Below, piece by piece: positions 38,621 through 53,338 of a stretch of DNA of 64,000 nucleotides; position 1 is the first letter of the stretch; every line of letters begins with the position of its first letter. The notes below the pieces were generated by a model. The model did no database searches and was not told the DNA's origin. It saw only the letters and a program-made list of their open reading frames with translations. The position numbers and the translations under genes were made by a program. The stretch comes from Cenococcum geophilum (lineage: Eukaryota): contig CP158636.1 in NCBI GenBank assembly GCA_050273025.1, positions 1,550,001 through 1,614,000 on the forward strand. The letters are read 5' to 3'.

Positions 38621-41600
38621 AGAGCAGACTAGCTATTTTAAGTATATTAATAGAGTTGTAGTAGGAAAACATAGCTAGATATACAGCCCTTAGGATCCAT
38701 GCGCAATAAATATTATTCTAATAAGGCCCAAAAACGGGCTTCTATGAAGTTAAAAGTAGCAATTTCGGGTCCTCTATTTTTAGTAGCGGGGGACTAAAAT
38801 AGGGCTCTCTTAAGGGTACCCAAAACTGGTCCCTGCAGTTCCTTTACCGGTCAATATATATTTTAACGGCTAATAAAAACGGTGTAAGAACCTATAATTT
38901 CTTTACTTTATATATAGAGCTCTATATTTAGAATGGATTATAAACACGGTTCTACCCAACCTAATTATAAAATTAAGTAAGTTACCTAGCTAATATAAAG
39001 GGTCTAAATAACCTTTAACTAGGTCTACCTTATTTATTTAAAAACGACTAATGCTAAACACACCTAGCGATAAACTTAGCGACCCGGAATATTCTAAAAT
39101 CGGAAATTTAACTATTCCGTAATGCTCTCTTTATAATAGACGTTAATTACAGAGATACTAAAAAGGTCACACTATAGCACCTAGCCAAAATGTAGAAGAG
39201 TATATTTGCTTAAGACCCGATTATAGAAAAATTAAAAGTATAATAAAAGTAACGGGGTTTTATTACCCTAAGTCCGTTATACAAATTCATTACCATTACT
39301 ACGCCAGTGCGAGCTTAGAAGTTACTTACGCATTAGTTTATATAGTTAAGCTTCCTAAAGAGAGATCCTTAAACGATAGAGTTGAAATGCCTAGAGATTT
39401 TCTATATCCGTACTTACAGGAGTACAGCACGGGGCAACTCTCTCCTATAAGAGAAGAATTACCTCCCTTAGTTACTACTTCTACCAAACCTACTCTCTAT
39501 ATTTAGTGTTTATTAGATAGATAAGTAGCTTATATATTACCTCCGCGTCTTTAGCCTAGGAGTGCCTTTAATAATAGTCTTTATATAAACTTAGTATAGT
39601 TATTTTATTAGGGCAGCCATAATACTATTCCATTAGCTCTTTAAACCCCTTAACGTTTAGGCAATGCTATAGATTAACGGTATTATCCCCGCATTTCTTA
39701 ATAGATTAGAGAATTAAGCAATTAATACAATTTATTTTAACAGAGAAAGACTATTTAAACCATCTTTAGGCATTCTATTAGCTTTAATAGTAATTAGAAT
39801 AAGAGTACCAGTCTCTTAAAAGAAGTGGTTCGCTAGGTAGAGGAGTTTAAGATATCTACCAACGTTCTTAATAATAAGATATTTAGGGAATAACTGGCAT
39901 AACTTGGAGGAGATATATATAGGTTACGAACTTAATAGGTATAACCCTACTATCTACACCTAGATCTACGGGTAGTGCACTAGAAAGATCTATTAACTCT
40001 CCTTTAGATATAATTACTTGGCAGCTAACTCCATTAAGGGGAAAGAACTTCGCTATATAAAGAGCAGCATCGGTTCTAGTAAACCTATTCTAATCGGATA
40101 CTCTAGTGATTATAAGGTCACTGGTAGAATTAGGGATGTTTAAGCCTATAAGGAGCGGCTCTAGAAGCTTATTAGCTTAAAAAGTTATTAGGTAGACCAG
40201 GGGGGTAAGGGGGTGTCCTTTAGTACCTCCTAGTGATAGAAATTGGGGTTAGAATTAGGGTTGGGCGCTAACGCAGTTAATAAATAGCGGAAAGAAAAAT
40301 TCCACTACCGGGCCACTAGCTCCTTAACCAGCATCTATAATAATATTCAAAAGTCTATTAGTAGAGCAATCGTACTGATCCTAGGACCCTAGAATAATTA
40401 GAGCTATTAGAGCGACAAATAATAAAAGGAGCTATATCTTAGATAGCAATTAATCTAGAAAGCAAGATATAGGATAGGCTGACAGCTTCTTTATAGATAG
40501 GATAATCCCTTAAACTTCTACACAAGGCTAGACGGGACTAGAACTGGTCCCTTATATAATAAAAATAGTTTACCCTAGCTATAAGGGCTAATTCTCGCTA
40601 CTATTTTTAGGTATAAGTTAATAAGAAAATTTCTAACAGCTGCCAGCTTTTTAAATTACTAAATCCTAAAGCAGAGTAGTATATTTAACGATTATAAACG
40701 GAAATAAGATACACGCGAGGAGAGTAATATACCAAGGGAAATAACTGTAGAATTACGGAAACTATCCCTTTAAACGGTGACGTCCATCTCTAAGTTAGTC
40801 CGTGTGGGAATACTAGAATTTCCAAGCATAAATAATTTAATTTAGTTAATTTAATTAGCTAGTTCTTATTAATAATAAATAAACGCAAATCACGTGTGAA
40901 GGGATAATTGCTATCTATTAGTTATACTGTTTACTATATCTATAATTACCTACTCTAGCCCTTAAAATTATCTAGAACCTACCAGCTAAGACGCTACTAG
41001 TTAAAAGAGGATTAGTAGTATATGCGGTGCGGGATTAAAAGTTGGAAATAGTAGTAGTTTAGGGGTCCTATTACGGGAGCAGGTTTAACGGCTCCCCTTA
41101 AATAGGACCGGCAACAATATTAAGGTTAGAGTAGGTTATATAGTACTTATTTTTCCTATTAGGCAGTCCCGGAGCGCTAGATTTTATTAGCTATTACTAT
41201 ACCTAGTATACTATATACGTAGAATTAGGTTGCAGATCCGTAGGGATAATAAGATTAGTCTTATACCACTATTTATTAGCAGATCCGGGCTAACTAGGAG
41301 TTAGGTTAGAAAACTTCTTCTAATATACTATAAAAAGGTCACTATTATTAATTTAATAGCATCTATTATTGTTAAAGTTCTAAATAATTAAGAGTTTCCC
41401 TCTCTAGTTACCGCTAGCGCCGTCTACTATCCACTACAGTACGTCCGTTAATACTTCGCTACTACTTAGCTAGGTTATTTTAAAAACGTAGACCGTCCTA
41501 GCCGCTATTGGTTTACCCGGCTAGTTTTATAGTAGGGTAATATGTCCATTCTTAAGATACTTTATAGCTACGTAAGCCCCTAGCGAGACCTAAAGTTATA

Positions 41601-44449
41601 AAAAATTCACTATTTAATTAGCGATCCTCTATGTTAGAGCATATAAAAGATCTAAGCTATCTACCCTTGTCCTTCCTAAGGCTAATAGCGGTAATAGATA
41701 AGTTATTATATTATTATTAAAGCTGGAATTAGTTTAAGAGATATATCTATAAGGGTAACCATTAGCCCCTATAAAGATCCCGTTTTTAATAACTATAAGC
41801 TATTTATTCTAAATATGGGTAAGACCTTAATAGTATAGAAAAGCTATTAAAAAGAAGTGAAATATATATATTAGTAATATAGCGAAATACTATAAGATAA
41901 AGGATAGAATAAATTAATATTTAGGTTCTTATAAGGTTATAGTATATATAGAGTAGATCTACTACCATCTAAGCACAACTTATTTATATTAGGTTATATT
42001 TAGAGTCCAATTTTAGCCCTTTAACGGGACCGCTTTTGGGAAAAATCGCGGATATGCTGGTGGTCCGTTAAATCTAAAGCAGCCCTCTATCTAAGCACCG
42101 CACTGTAAAAGACATCCTTTGTCCTAATATAGCGGTACGTTGTTCTAAAATCTCTCCCTAAGTCCTCTTAGAAATAAACGTCGCTTATAGCCCTACCCGC
42201 GTTATCCTATTCTACCTCTTACCACCTTTATCTTGCGAAATAAGCGATTCCACTATATTATCGTAAATTGTTCTCTTCTCCTAATCCCTCTTAACTTAGA
42301 CCTATTATCCGTCTCTACCTTGCGTTCTGCTATATAAAATTGCCCAAATATTAGAGGTTACTGTACTATAGGCCCTATGTTACTAAAACCTAAGACACTC
42401 TCTAGCTATTTCCGATTTTAAATAGGCGCTATAATAGGTCGGATGGGATTATCTAGGTATTTTTAAATTGCTATATTATATTAATGCACTTCTAACCTTG
42501 TTAACCTAGCTCTAAAGGCGTTCCTTAAGTAATTTTATAGCACCTTTAACGTCCCCTTTAAGTTTTAGTATTAACTCTATTTATAGCCTTTAAAGCCAAA
42601 TCGACTAGCCCTTAAGTTATTCCCTATCTATCTTTATATTAACTATATCTATGCCCTTTATAACCTCTAATACCTTAGTACCCTAAGGGGTTATTATATA
42701 GGAAGTCTGTCGAGGTGCTTAACACGCTAATTATGCCGTATAATAAGGGTTTAGTTTAGTTTTAATATTTTAAGATTATATAGGTAGAATAAGATTAACT
42801 AAGGTAGGTAGAGCGCTCGTAAACCGTCTAATACGGGGCTTTTAGCGCGGTATGTAAGGGTTTAAATATTTAGGCGGATAGTGCTATATTAGCTTACAAC
42901 TCGAAAATAACGTTATTATTATTATTAATAATAGTAATAGTAGAGTTAGGTAGTGGTTATCTTATTATATATACTATAAAGTTCTCTATAGCGGAATATG
43001 AGAGGTACTGCCTATTTAATATAATTATATTCTTTTACCTATAAACCTAAGTCGTAATAAATACTTTCACGTTTTATTATACGCTAATTTCTAACTTATC
43101 TTATAACTCTAATAATACACTTCCTTACTCCCCTCTAATCTATTAAGCCTAAGGCTATACCCTTACTATTACCTCCTCTATTTAACCCCTAATAACTATA
43201 GTCCTAATATAGAAGACGCCAAAGGAAACCTACTTATACTTTTCTCCTCTTTAGTATGGTTAAATTAAACAATAGCAGTTCTAAAAAGATTAGTGCGTCT
43301 TTCGCAACTAATCTTTTAGGTAGATTTATTTCCAATATCTACCCTTCTTTAGATGTTAATTCCCTAGATATAATCGCTTCCCTAACCTTTTTTAATCTCT
43401 TCTTCCTAGCCGTACTTATAGGCCTTAAATACTTTTCTAACCCAATTCTCTCTATATCTATAGGTAGCTTATTTATAGACTTAGGATGCGCTAGCTGCTT
43501 ACTAGATATTAGAAGTAAAGATACCTATAACTTAGCTACCCACTTATAACTTACTCCTTAGACGGCCACTATAACTCTAAATCTGTTAATATATATATAT
43601 AGATCTCTTTTTTTTTATAGTTCTAGATAATTAATGCTAAATTAATATTTTCTAGCTTTCTATACTGGTAGCATTTACTTTTTAGGCCATCCAACCGTCT
43701 CTTTAGTTGCTTATTATAAAGTTTAACTAACTACTTCTACTTTACTATAGTATACACTATAAAGCATACAAATATTCCTAATCCTCTAGTCTTAGATCGC
43801 CGGCCGTATATTAGCAAAAATTCTATTTCCAAAAAAAGCTTAAGACTCCTAGCCGGTGATTTTATTAGATTAGTGTGGCGTAAATCTAAGATAAAATCCA
43901 CTCCATTTACTAAGCGCCGTAGCGCTCCAGTTTTAATATATACTATTTATAGCAAGTCTTAATATATTTTAGGTATTAAAAGAAAAAAAATAGATATAAT
44001 TTTAGACTTGTTAAACTTGTATCTAATTAAAGTATACTATAGAAGAATGGGATAGGCCCGTGTATAGTATATATATAGGTAGTGACCACGTAAGCTTATA
44101 CCCCTTACTGCCCTAACTACTTCCCCCTATACACATACCTGTTACTACTTAAAAACTTCTATTTTAGGTATAGTATTAGCGCTCTAGAAGCGCCAAAGCT
44201 CCTAAATCCACTTAACGCCACTAATAAAAGTACTTAATCCACTATTAGAATAAGTTGGCTCTACCTAGCACGCCAAATTGCCGCCAATTTAATAATATCA
44301 CTGCTCTTAGCAAAGGACCCATTTCCATTATCCTACCTTTTTAAAGTATAACTAATGTTAGTATATTCTAAGCTAAAGTCGGTTAAATATAAAGCATAGT
44401 AAGCGTACGCCGCGCTTATAGGCTTTAAAAATCACCGTTCTCACTCACT

Positions 44450-46295
44450 ATAGATATTATACAATAATATTTAGTGGGCTTAGGCCTTGTAGCTTTATTC
44501 ATTACCACTTCTCCACTATTAAAAACTATTAAATTCGCCCGCACCTACGCAACATTTTATTTTTACAAGTACGTATTTTATCTATAGATCTATTAATATT
44601 TAAGAGGTTCTAGAAAGACAACGCTATTTAATATGGTTTTAATTCTGGCATTCTTAGTAGCAAACGTTCTTTGCATTACCGTCTAAGTTAAAGATATTTC
44701 TAGGCTAACAAGACGCTCTGGACTAATGTCTACGATTAATCTTACGCCACTATTATTAGGGGCCTAGATAAATCTTATTACTAGCCGCTATAGAATTAGG
44801 CTTAGTACCTACGCCCAGATACACCGATGGTTAGAAAAAGTGGCTATAGTTAAAGGCCTTATTTATATGGCGGCGGCTATATCTTTACAAAAGCCTAACC
44901 TACGTACATATTTAGATATGGCGGCGCTAATAGTAAGCTAAATTTAGTCCTAGGAAGCAAATATAAGCTAATAGAGCTCTTTAGGCTGCTATTACTATAG
45001 CTATTATACTGCTCTCTTCTGTCGCTAGTATACGTCAATATGCCTACGAAATCTTCTTAAAGCTCCACCTAATACTTAGCGCTATAGTTATAGCTACAAT
45101 ATATCTTTATAGTCCATCTAAAGAGTTATTAACGCCGCCAGCGGTATATTTATTCGCAGCAATATGCCTTTAGATATTTATAGCTGTCCTATAATTCGGT
45201 TAAGTGCTATACCGTAACGTTAAGTATAGAAAGCCGCTAAATTAAGCAAGAATACGATAAATAGCTATTAAGACACCTTATGGGAGGGAGATACCTATTC
45301 CAGATGCAGTCTATATATATATCCAACTATTAAGGCCTTAGAAGCCTTAAGCTGGCTAGTATATATACCTCTACATTCTAGGAGTAAGCTATACCTCATT
45401 TGCGCAGTTATATCCCTTTTATATATCCTAGTGGTATTGCGATGCCAAGGGTAATAATGTTATGGTTTTAATCATCCAGAAAAGGGGTAGATTTACTAGA
45501 AGCCTATTCTTACACGCTAATAATAATCTTATCTATAATTCTAAAATAAGAGCCGTAATTAAGGGACTATATAGAAATAAACTTAACCTTAAATTATACG
45601 GGACGGTCTTACTATTTACTACAGGGATTGAAATAGTAGGTTAGCTTCCGTATATTATACAGCTTCTAAAGGGATGCTATAATTATAAAGTAAAAACCTA
45701 AAGGATCGCTTTATTTTGGGAATTAGACTCTAAACGTAAGCTCTCTTACACTTCTATAAAAATGACTTGCTAATAACCTCTCTAAAGTGCACGCGGCTTA
45801 GGTCGCTAATATAATGGTAAAGCTACTTAGTAGAGACATTAATAAGGTTTATCCACTTCTAGATATAATATAAGGTATTCGTATTAATTAGGTGTTAGAT
45901 TCTAAACATTTAGCTTTTTATCTTAGGCAACTATCTTTCCAGCCAAACAAAGCGAGGAGATATTATTTACCCTAGAGAGCGTATTAGTACAATATATACC
46001 GTTATAAACGCTAAAAGTCTAATTAGATCTAAAATTAAAGGTTAAAAGGGTCGTATAGTGGTTTCTTATAAGTTATAACAACTAGTCCGCCTTTTAATCA
46101 CTACTAAATATAAAAATAGTATATATAAATAATAAGACAAGCAACAAGATTCGCGAGATTATTTGACGCATATTAGATAAGGACATTTATTTAAAGGAAC
46201 TAGACTTTCGTCTATACTTACCTAAAGGACACAACGGGCGGCTAAGGAGTGTGTTTAATCTTAAGAGATTAAAGAACATTAAAGGAAGTATATAG
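44450..46295 (+). pseudogene. Ferric-reductase-like transmembrane protein (FRE), full-length multi-exon relic
   Basis: RRSGLMSTINLTPL, YAQIHRWL, AYEIFLKLHLIL, RP*KP*AG*YIYL, FAQLYPFYIS*W, RAVIKGLY, YGTVLLFTTGIEIVG*LPYI, RIALFWELD and IYLKELDFR. Confidence 0.92.
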
Positions 46296-47749
46296 GTTCG
46301 CTTAATATAATAGATTTTATAACCAACTACCGGACCTTACATATTACCCTATTTTACCTACGTCAGCACTACCCTTATATGTCTTAGATACGTTAGAAAT
46401 AAGTTATAGGCTTTAGAGTTTAGGGTCTACTTTTATATATTTATACCGCTTAATTTCCATAGATTTATAATTAAGTTACTTATTTAATTCCTACACACTA
46501 CAAAGCTTATAGATTTAGAGAGGTAGATTTTCTTAGATACCTAAGAGTCTCTAAAGTCCTCTTACAATTTGGTAAATATAGCTCGCTAGTTATACCCTAA
46601 GCATTACACGGATATAGTAATCGTAATTACTTAGCTAGATAGAAAGTGGGTTAGAGATTATAGTATTTTAACTATAGGAAGTTATTAGAGTACATCTAAA
46701 GGAACTAATATTTTATTAATTAGGAGGGTCTACAGACAGGGATAAATTAAAGATTCTAACTCTAAAAACAGGCTCTAGAACCTTTATATATATATAGTAA
46801 GGGAGCCAGTACTAAAGATCATCAGTTAACAATATATTAGCAATACAATTTTAGCGACTATTTTAACTTAATTTAACCCCTACGCAATTTTATCCTCAAT
46901 TTCCTTCTATAACTTTTGGCAATTATTAAGTACCTACTAAAGGGATTTAATAACAAGCCTTACTTCTACTATAACATATATACTTCTATAGTGCTTTTAC
47001 CGTAGATGCTAAAGCTCTAGCGTAAGCTAGCCATTCTCCTACGTTATCCACTTAAGCATCTATTAAAGATTAGGAGTTGGCATTTCCTTAAATATTTATA
47101 ATTTGTCTTTAGTCGCTTTAATTACTATAGATAACTTATTATTACAGCTAATTTCTATATCAGCAGCGGTGGGCGTTAAAGGTCTATTAGAAGTAGGGGG
47201 GAGAAGATAGATTTTTATTCGCTTGTATTTGGGCATAATTCTTATATTAAAAGTTATCTATAGGTTTATACTTACGGCTATAGATTCACATCTTTATAGC
47301 ATTACGCTAAGGGTAAAAGTCGTTTACTATTAGTGCTTAGGGCCCGCTTTTAGTCTATATTAGATTTAGAAATTATAGGGTCCTAGTTTATAGCTCCCGC
47401 CGTAATACTAGGGTCCGCGGAGCTTAAAAAAGCTTATACCTAGTATAAGCCATATCCTTTCCATAAGGGAGATATAAAAGTTCTAGTAATATAGGAGAAT
47501 AATATCAGTAACTTCTTGCTAATTAATTCAGTAGCTACTCTTCTAGCTTATGCTAGATATAGGGTATTAGTTCTTAGACCCTTTATACAGTCGTCAGCAT
47601 TTAATAGTCTAAAGTTTTCACTTAGTCAAATGTTAGCATTAGGGAGAGACGCTATTTAAAGATAAAATTAAAACCAACTAATATATAAACGAGTGTAACT
47701 ATATACCTACTATACGCTCTAGAAATAAGAGAATACTAGTGCTATTCTT

Positions 47750-50290
47750 TAACTCTATTATACTTTCACATCCCTATATTACGCCCCATTGCTACCTACC
47801 TACGCTTTTTACCCCTCCTAAGGGGCATTACCTACTGCTCTAAGCTCTCTCTATATGGTTTTTTCCTAATACTTAGGGACCGGATCGGTTCCGGAGATAA
47901 CTTTAGGCCCACTAATTCTAATTACATCCGCTTAAATTCACTAATTTTGCTCTTAGCAGCACTAATACAATTAGTAGCATTAATTAATGCATTCTAATAA
48001 TCTTATATTATCTTAGACTTTTTGTTTAGATAATCTTACATTATCTTAGACTTCTCATTCTTATAATCTTATATTATCTTAGACTTTTTATTCGCATACC
48101 CCTACATCATCTCAGCCTTCTTATTTAGGAGCTCCTCGATCCTGCCTTTAAGTACCTCCTTTATTATAGTAGCATTTTCTACTATATTCTAGTCTGCCTT
48201 ACTTATATTATAGTCCTTATTATTGCCTAAAATGGCCTTACCACCTAGACGTTGCTTATATTCCTAAATCCTAGACTTATAGGTGTGAATAGTTTCTTAA
48301 GTACTTTCTAGTTCCTAATGTAGGGATAGACACTTATTTACCATATTACTAAGTTCTATAATCGCTTTCTTATACTACGCATATAGAGATTTATATATAT
48401 TAGCGCACTAAAGACGGTTCTGCTTATAGGCAGCAAGTACGGCTTAAAAGTTATATAGGTTTATATAAGAGATACCTATAATCTATAAAGCATCGTAAAG
48501 CCTATTATTAATAGTAAGAAGTTGCTAGTTAATAGGAAGAGATTAAGGTCAAGCGTCAATACGAGAACTCGATAGTTCTCTTTTTATATCAATATAGGTT
48601 ACCTAATAAATTAGATGGAACTAGTACCTAAGACTCTTAGGTCTTACCTAGACTATATCACTATGTTTAATACGACGTCCGGGCTATTAAGGGGCCATAT
48701 TTTAACTAAAGGACGGCGTATATTAGAGGGCTCTGGCTTAAATTAGTAGACTCTAGCTTAAATTAGTATCTTCTAGCTTAATAGATAGAATGCCTTATAT
48801 TTATAGAAAGAAGGAAAGTTAGAGTTATATAGAGCCTAAGCAGGCGGTGCCGTTTAGTGCGAATATTACTATTTATACCTCCTAGGAGAGGATAAGCTCT
48901 AAAACAAAGTTTAAGCGCCATATCTGCACTTTAAAGTCTTATCTAAAGCTAAAATTACTATTACTAAGCCTAAAAATTTTAAAAACTTCTAAGAAGTCTA
49001 ACGGAATGGTATATATTATGGCGCGGATAAAGGACGCGTAAGTAATAGGCAAACTCCCAGCCCTATAGTCCTTCGCCAAGAGATATACCCTATATTATAG
49101 CGCTAAGGAGGACGCCCCATACTGCTAAAAGGAGGACGCCCTATACTGCTAAGAGGAGGATGTGTAAGTAATAGGCAAATTCCTAGCCCTATAGTTATTC
49201 GCTAAAAGATATGCCCTATATTATGGCGTGAAGGAAGACGCCCTATGCTGCGGCGCGGGGGAGCGCGCGTAAGTAGTAGGCAAATTCCTAGCCCTATTCC
49301 TTTAACTATTAAGTTATATCCAACGTTATTAATAAGATTTTAGCTAATAGGAGCCTAGATTAATAAACTTTTAGTATTATATACACGGACCCATTATCTT
49401 ATTAATAAGGCAAGACGCCGGACAGTTGTTCGCTAAGGGGTATACCTAATATTGCGGCGTAGGGGGCGCGCAAGTGGTAGGCGGCAAACTCCTTCGCTAG
49501 GGGTATAATACTATACTAACGTTACTAATTACCTCTTAGAATAGCTAAAGAAAACTAGCGTTAGTTTTTAACTACTTTTACTAAATAAAGGAAGTTTAAT
49601 ATAAGCCGTATTTTTTTTTACTGCCTTAGGGGCCCTTCCTAATTTAAAGGAACTATATTTCAGTTCCTTACGGAGTTCCAGTTTTTAGGTACTTAGTATA
49701 CCCTCCTATAAGAATTATAGTAGAAAGGCCTTAACTATAATTTTAAAATCTACTATACACTCTTAAATGGAATACGGCTATTATAAATAAATATATCTAA
49801 TATATAGGAACTTTATCTTTAAACTCTAATTAATAAAAAGCTTTATAAGGATAAAGGCTATCTCTAAAAGTTTCTAGCATACCAACGATTGTATATGAGA
49901 TTTTAGCTATTTACAGCAAATGCTAATAAGAGGTTATTAGGGAGTAAGGAAGCTATAGATCTAGCTATAGAAGAGGCGCGGGACTGGCTTTAAGGCGGAT
50001 AGTATAAAGGGATAATAATCCTTAAGGACAGGATTACTATGCATTTTAGTACTAATAGACTCTCATCTTTAATGCTGGAAGACAGTATAAATCTATAGTT
50101 ATTTATAACTAACCTGCGGGGAATAAAGTGGGAAGATATAGATTAGGAGTTAGGATAAGGTATAGTAATAAGACATTAAATCTAAAACCTTGGTTTTAAG
50201 GGGAGAGACTAGTCTAAGCTATGATAATAAAATAGGAATAGGTCTAAGCTACTAAGTACGGACTATTTCTATTAATTCTTTACTCCATAG
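47750..50290 (-). pseudogene. Long unknown gene relic with internal repeats and C-terminal coiled coil
   Basis: 11-aa (33-bp) repeats NEKSKIM*DYx at 47995-48130 and ~105-126-bp repeats at 49020-49300. A paralogue lies at 62.7-63.2 kb. Confidence 0.5.
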
Positions 50291-52564
50291 TAGCAGAAGG
50301 TAAAAGCGTAATACTTAAGGGAACGATTAATGTTTGAAACTAATAACAATACGAGCGTTTATATGCCACTATGTCTACACAGAGTATATAGTAAGTCTCT
50401 CAGTTAGCCGCTAACTAGGTAGTTACTAAGATATTATAGCAGGACTTTACCTATTTAGAAAGCTACCCTTACTATAAATTGTGCGATTTTCCGCCATGGC
50501 TTCCTAATAAGCACTGTTCGCAACTATCTATAAACGTATTATATAATTTAACTGGTATAGCTAGTCTACTAACAACCGCCTAGGGATAGCCTGTATAGGA
50601 TAATCTATTTAGTCTTCCGGCTATAATCCTAGACGATTCGCTGCTATAAATACAGCCTGCTGTTAAAGATTAAAATGTTTTATTTAAGCCATTAAGTGAG
50701 GAAGAGGGACTTAAGGAACTTAAGTAAGCCGTTTTAGGGCTTTAAAATAGAGTAAAGAAACTTAAAGGGCTTTTTATAAACCTATAGAATGATTTTAGGA
50801 GCTTTTAGAATAATTTTAGGAACTAGCAGAATGAGTAAGTCTCTATATAGGTGGGAAGTTTTTAAACGTAGCTAACATATACTTATAGATTAGAGGAATA
50901 GAAGATAAGGTAATAGTTTAGGACCTACTAATAGTTCAATTTCTAATAATATAATAGGTTTTATTAGGAGATCGATGCTTTTATTAAAAAGTTAAAGGTA
51001 TAGATAGCAGAATTTAAGCGGACTACAGATAGCGTAGTAGAAGAGCTTAAAGATAGCATGAAGTCAAAGTAGCTGGGTTATTTAGGGATAGTTTACGCTA
51101 TTGCTGGCCGACAGTTTATTAGTTACTCTAAGTGGAATTTATATAGTGAGCGACTATTTATTAGCATAGGACTCTATGGAGATAGAGGAATATATTTACT
51201 ATATCTCTTTTCTATTTTAATAAGGTGCTTAACTGCCTAACCCTAGCAGGAATATATAGGCAACGTTCTTAGTTAAGAAAAGTCTATTTTTAGAACCGCT
51301 TATTTTTAGGAGTAGAATAGGCTATCCTTATATAATTAAGCTTTAGGCTCCATATAACTGGCTGCTAAAATATATATAACTTAAATAATAACCCGCCTTC
51401 TCTTACCCCTATTATTACTTAGTTACTATTTAGCACCTCTTAGAATTTACAAGTACGCGCACTATATTAATTTCTTATATAATATACTGTGTTTTACCTA
51501 TATTACAGCTGCTTAAAAAAGCCTTTATTAAAAAAAGAAAAAGGGTTACCTAGTATCTCTACTTATCTCTCTAACGTAGTTAGAGGAGTATATAAGAAAT
51601 CTAGATTAAAGAGATTTAATATCTGTCCCTAGGTTAAGAGACATACCCCGTTAAGAGATAAATTTGCGGTTTTAACCTCTAAAGTCTCTTACTTAGGAGT
51701 TAATAAAGTTATACTTAATGTCTTCTTATTCTTTGGCTATTTCTTTATATAGAAACCACTCTATAGCAAGAAAATAACTATAGTCGGTCATACTATTAAT
51801 CGTCCTATTGGTGGCGTCAAGAGCTACTTTAACTGTTCCCCCCTGCTCTATTATAGCTATAGGCCTAAGTGTAAATTTTAGGGTCCCAGATTAATAGCTC
51901 TATTAAAAAAATATATAATTTAAAAGTTTTAAGACACTCTGCTTTCATAAATATATATTTAGGGAATTTCGCTAGGTAGAGGAGGGGTGTCTACTAAGGC
52001 GTAATAATTTAGTACGTATTAATATGCATTAGCATACTTATATTAAACTGTATTTTTATAGTATTAATTTTAACACTATCCTATTTTTAGAATATATTTC
52101 AGCATTATTATAGGCACGTAATCTCTTCCCCGCTTCCTATTATTAAATATTTTAAATATTAACCACTACCTCAAAACCTTCTAAGACGTCTATGAATATT
52201 TATTAAATTATACTACAAAAGCACGGCAAACAAGATATACCACTATATATCTTTCCCTAAAAAGTATACGTGTAACTATATAGTCGACCACAAGATTTAG
52301 GACTATTGCCTAAACGCACTAAATAGCGAAACTCCTTACTCGGACCAAAAGCCGATAAAGGGTAAAAACGGAGTAATTATGTAATTAGGTAGTTTCTTAG
52401 CAAAAGGGAATTGCCCTAACTGCACCTAATAGTATATTTAACATTAAGTGTGCTTATTAACATGCTAATCTCTAAACCTATAAGATTGCCGCAAGCAACC
52501 TAAATACCAATATTGTAAAGGCTAATACTGCTGTTTTAGAGGGATTAAAGGATTTGGGAGTGAT

Positions 52565-53338
52565 TTAACGGCTTTCTAGACTTATTATTAGTAACGAAGT
52601 TTTTAGCAAAAATAATATACCTTTGAATTTTTCTATAACTTTATCTGCACTGTAGTAATTTCCTTCCTAGTAGTTTATAATAATATGGCCTATAAGACCT
52701 AAGTGTTCCGTGTTAGGGAATTAATGGCTTTTAAATAACTCTTTAATCTCTTTATTAGTCTGACTATTAAAAGAAGTCTGGCTACTTACTACTTTATATA
52801 GGGTAGATCTAAGGGCAAAGATATCTACCTATACCGATAGTAGCTCTTTAGGGTATTAATAACTATAAGCTACGGTAATAAGGAGAGCAGAGCTATCTAA
52901 AGATAAGCTACTAAAGTCGGCGACTTTTGCATATAAATCTTGGTCTAAGAGAATATTATAGCATTGCAGGTCCCTATAGATTACGCTATTTAAATGGATA
53001 AAAGCAACCGTATCCGTAATTTCCTATCCCTATTAAAGCTGCTGTTCTAAAGTAACGTTGTCCTTATAATCCCGAAGATGGGCTTGGAGATTATAATTAC
53101 TTATAAACTCAAGCCGAATACCAGCGTCGTAACGCCCTCGATATTGTAAAAGCCCCGTATTGCCGCTACGTTTGTCAAAGCGCTTGTATATAGCTCTTTT
53201 AATAAGAATTGTATCGTTGTTTTCGAAATAAGGGATTTTGATAATACTCCCTAATAAGGCGTCTAGATAGACAAAGCTAAAGCTTCCCTAGTTTACCAAA
53301 TCATCTCTTATATAGCCCTTTGGCCATCTAATTTACAT
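52565..53338 (-). pseudogene. Protein kinase relic
   Basis: ATG at 53338. GIRLEF, VIYRDLQCYNILLDQDLYAKVADFSS (HxD..N and DFG after de-RIP) and DIFALRSTLYKV. Confidence 0.9.

Noticed and set aside
42020..43780. Second DDE transposase
   Set aside because: Minus-strand translation is protein-like but showed no DDE or HTH motifs.
52565..53338. Spok meiotic-driver kinase domain
   Set aside because: It is a stand-alone ~257-codon kinase with its own ATG and no upstream nuclease or Cys-cluster region.
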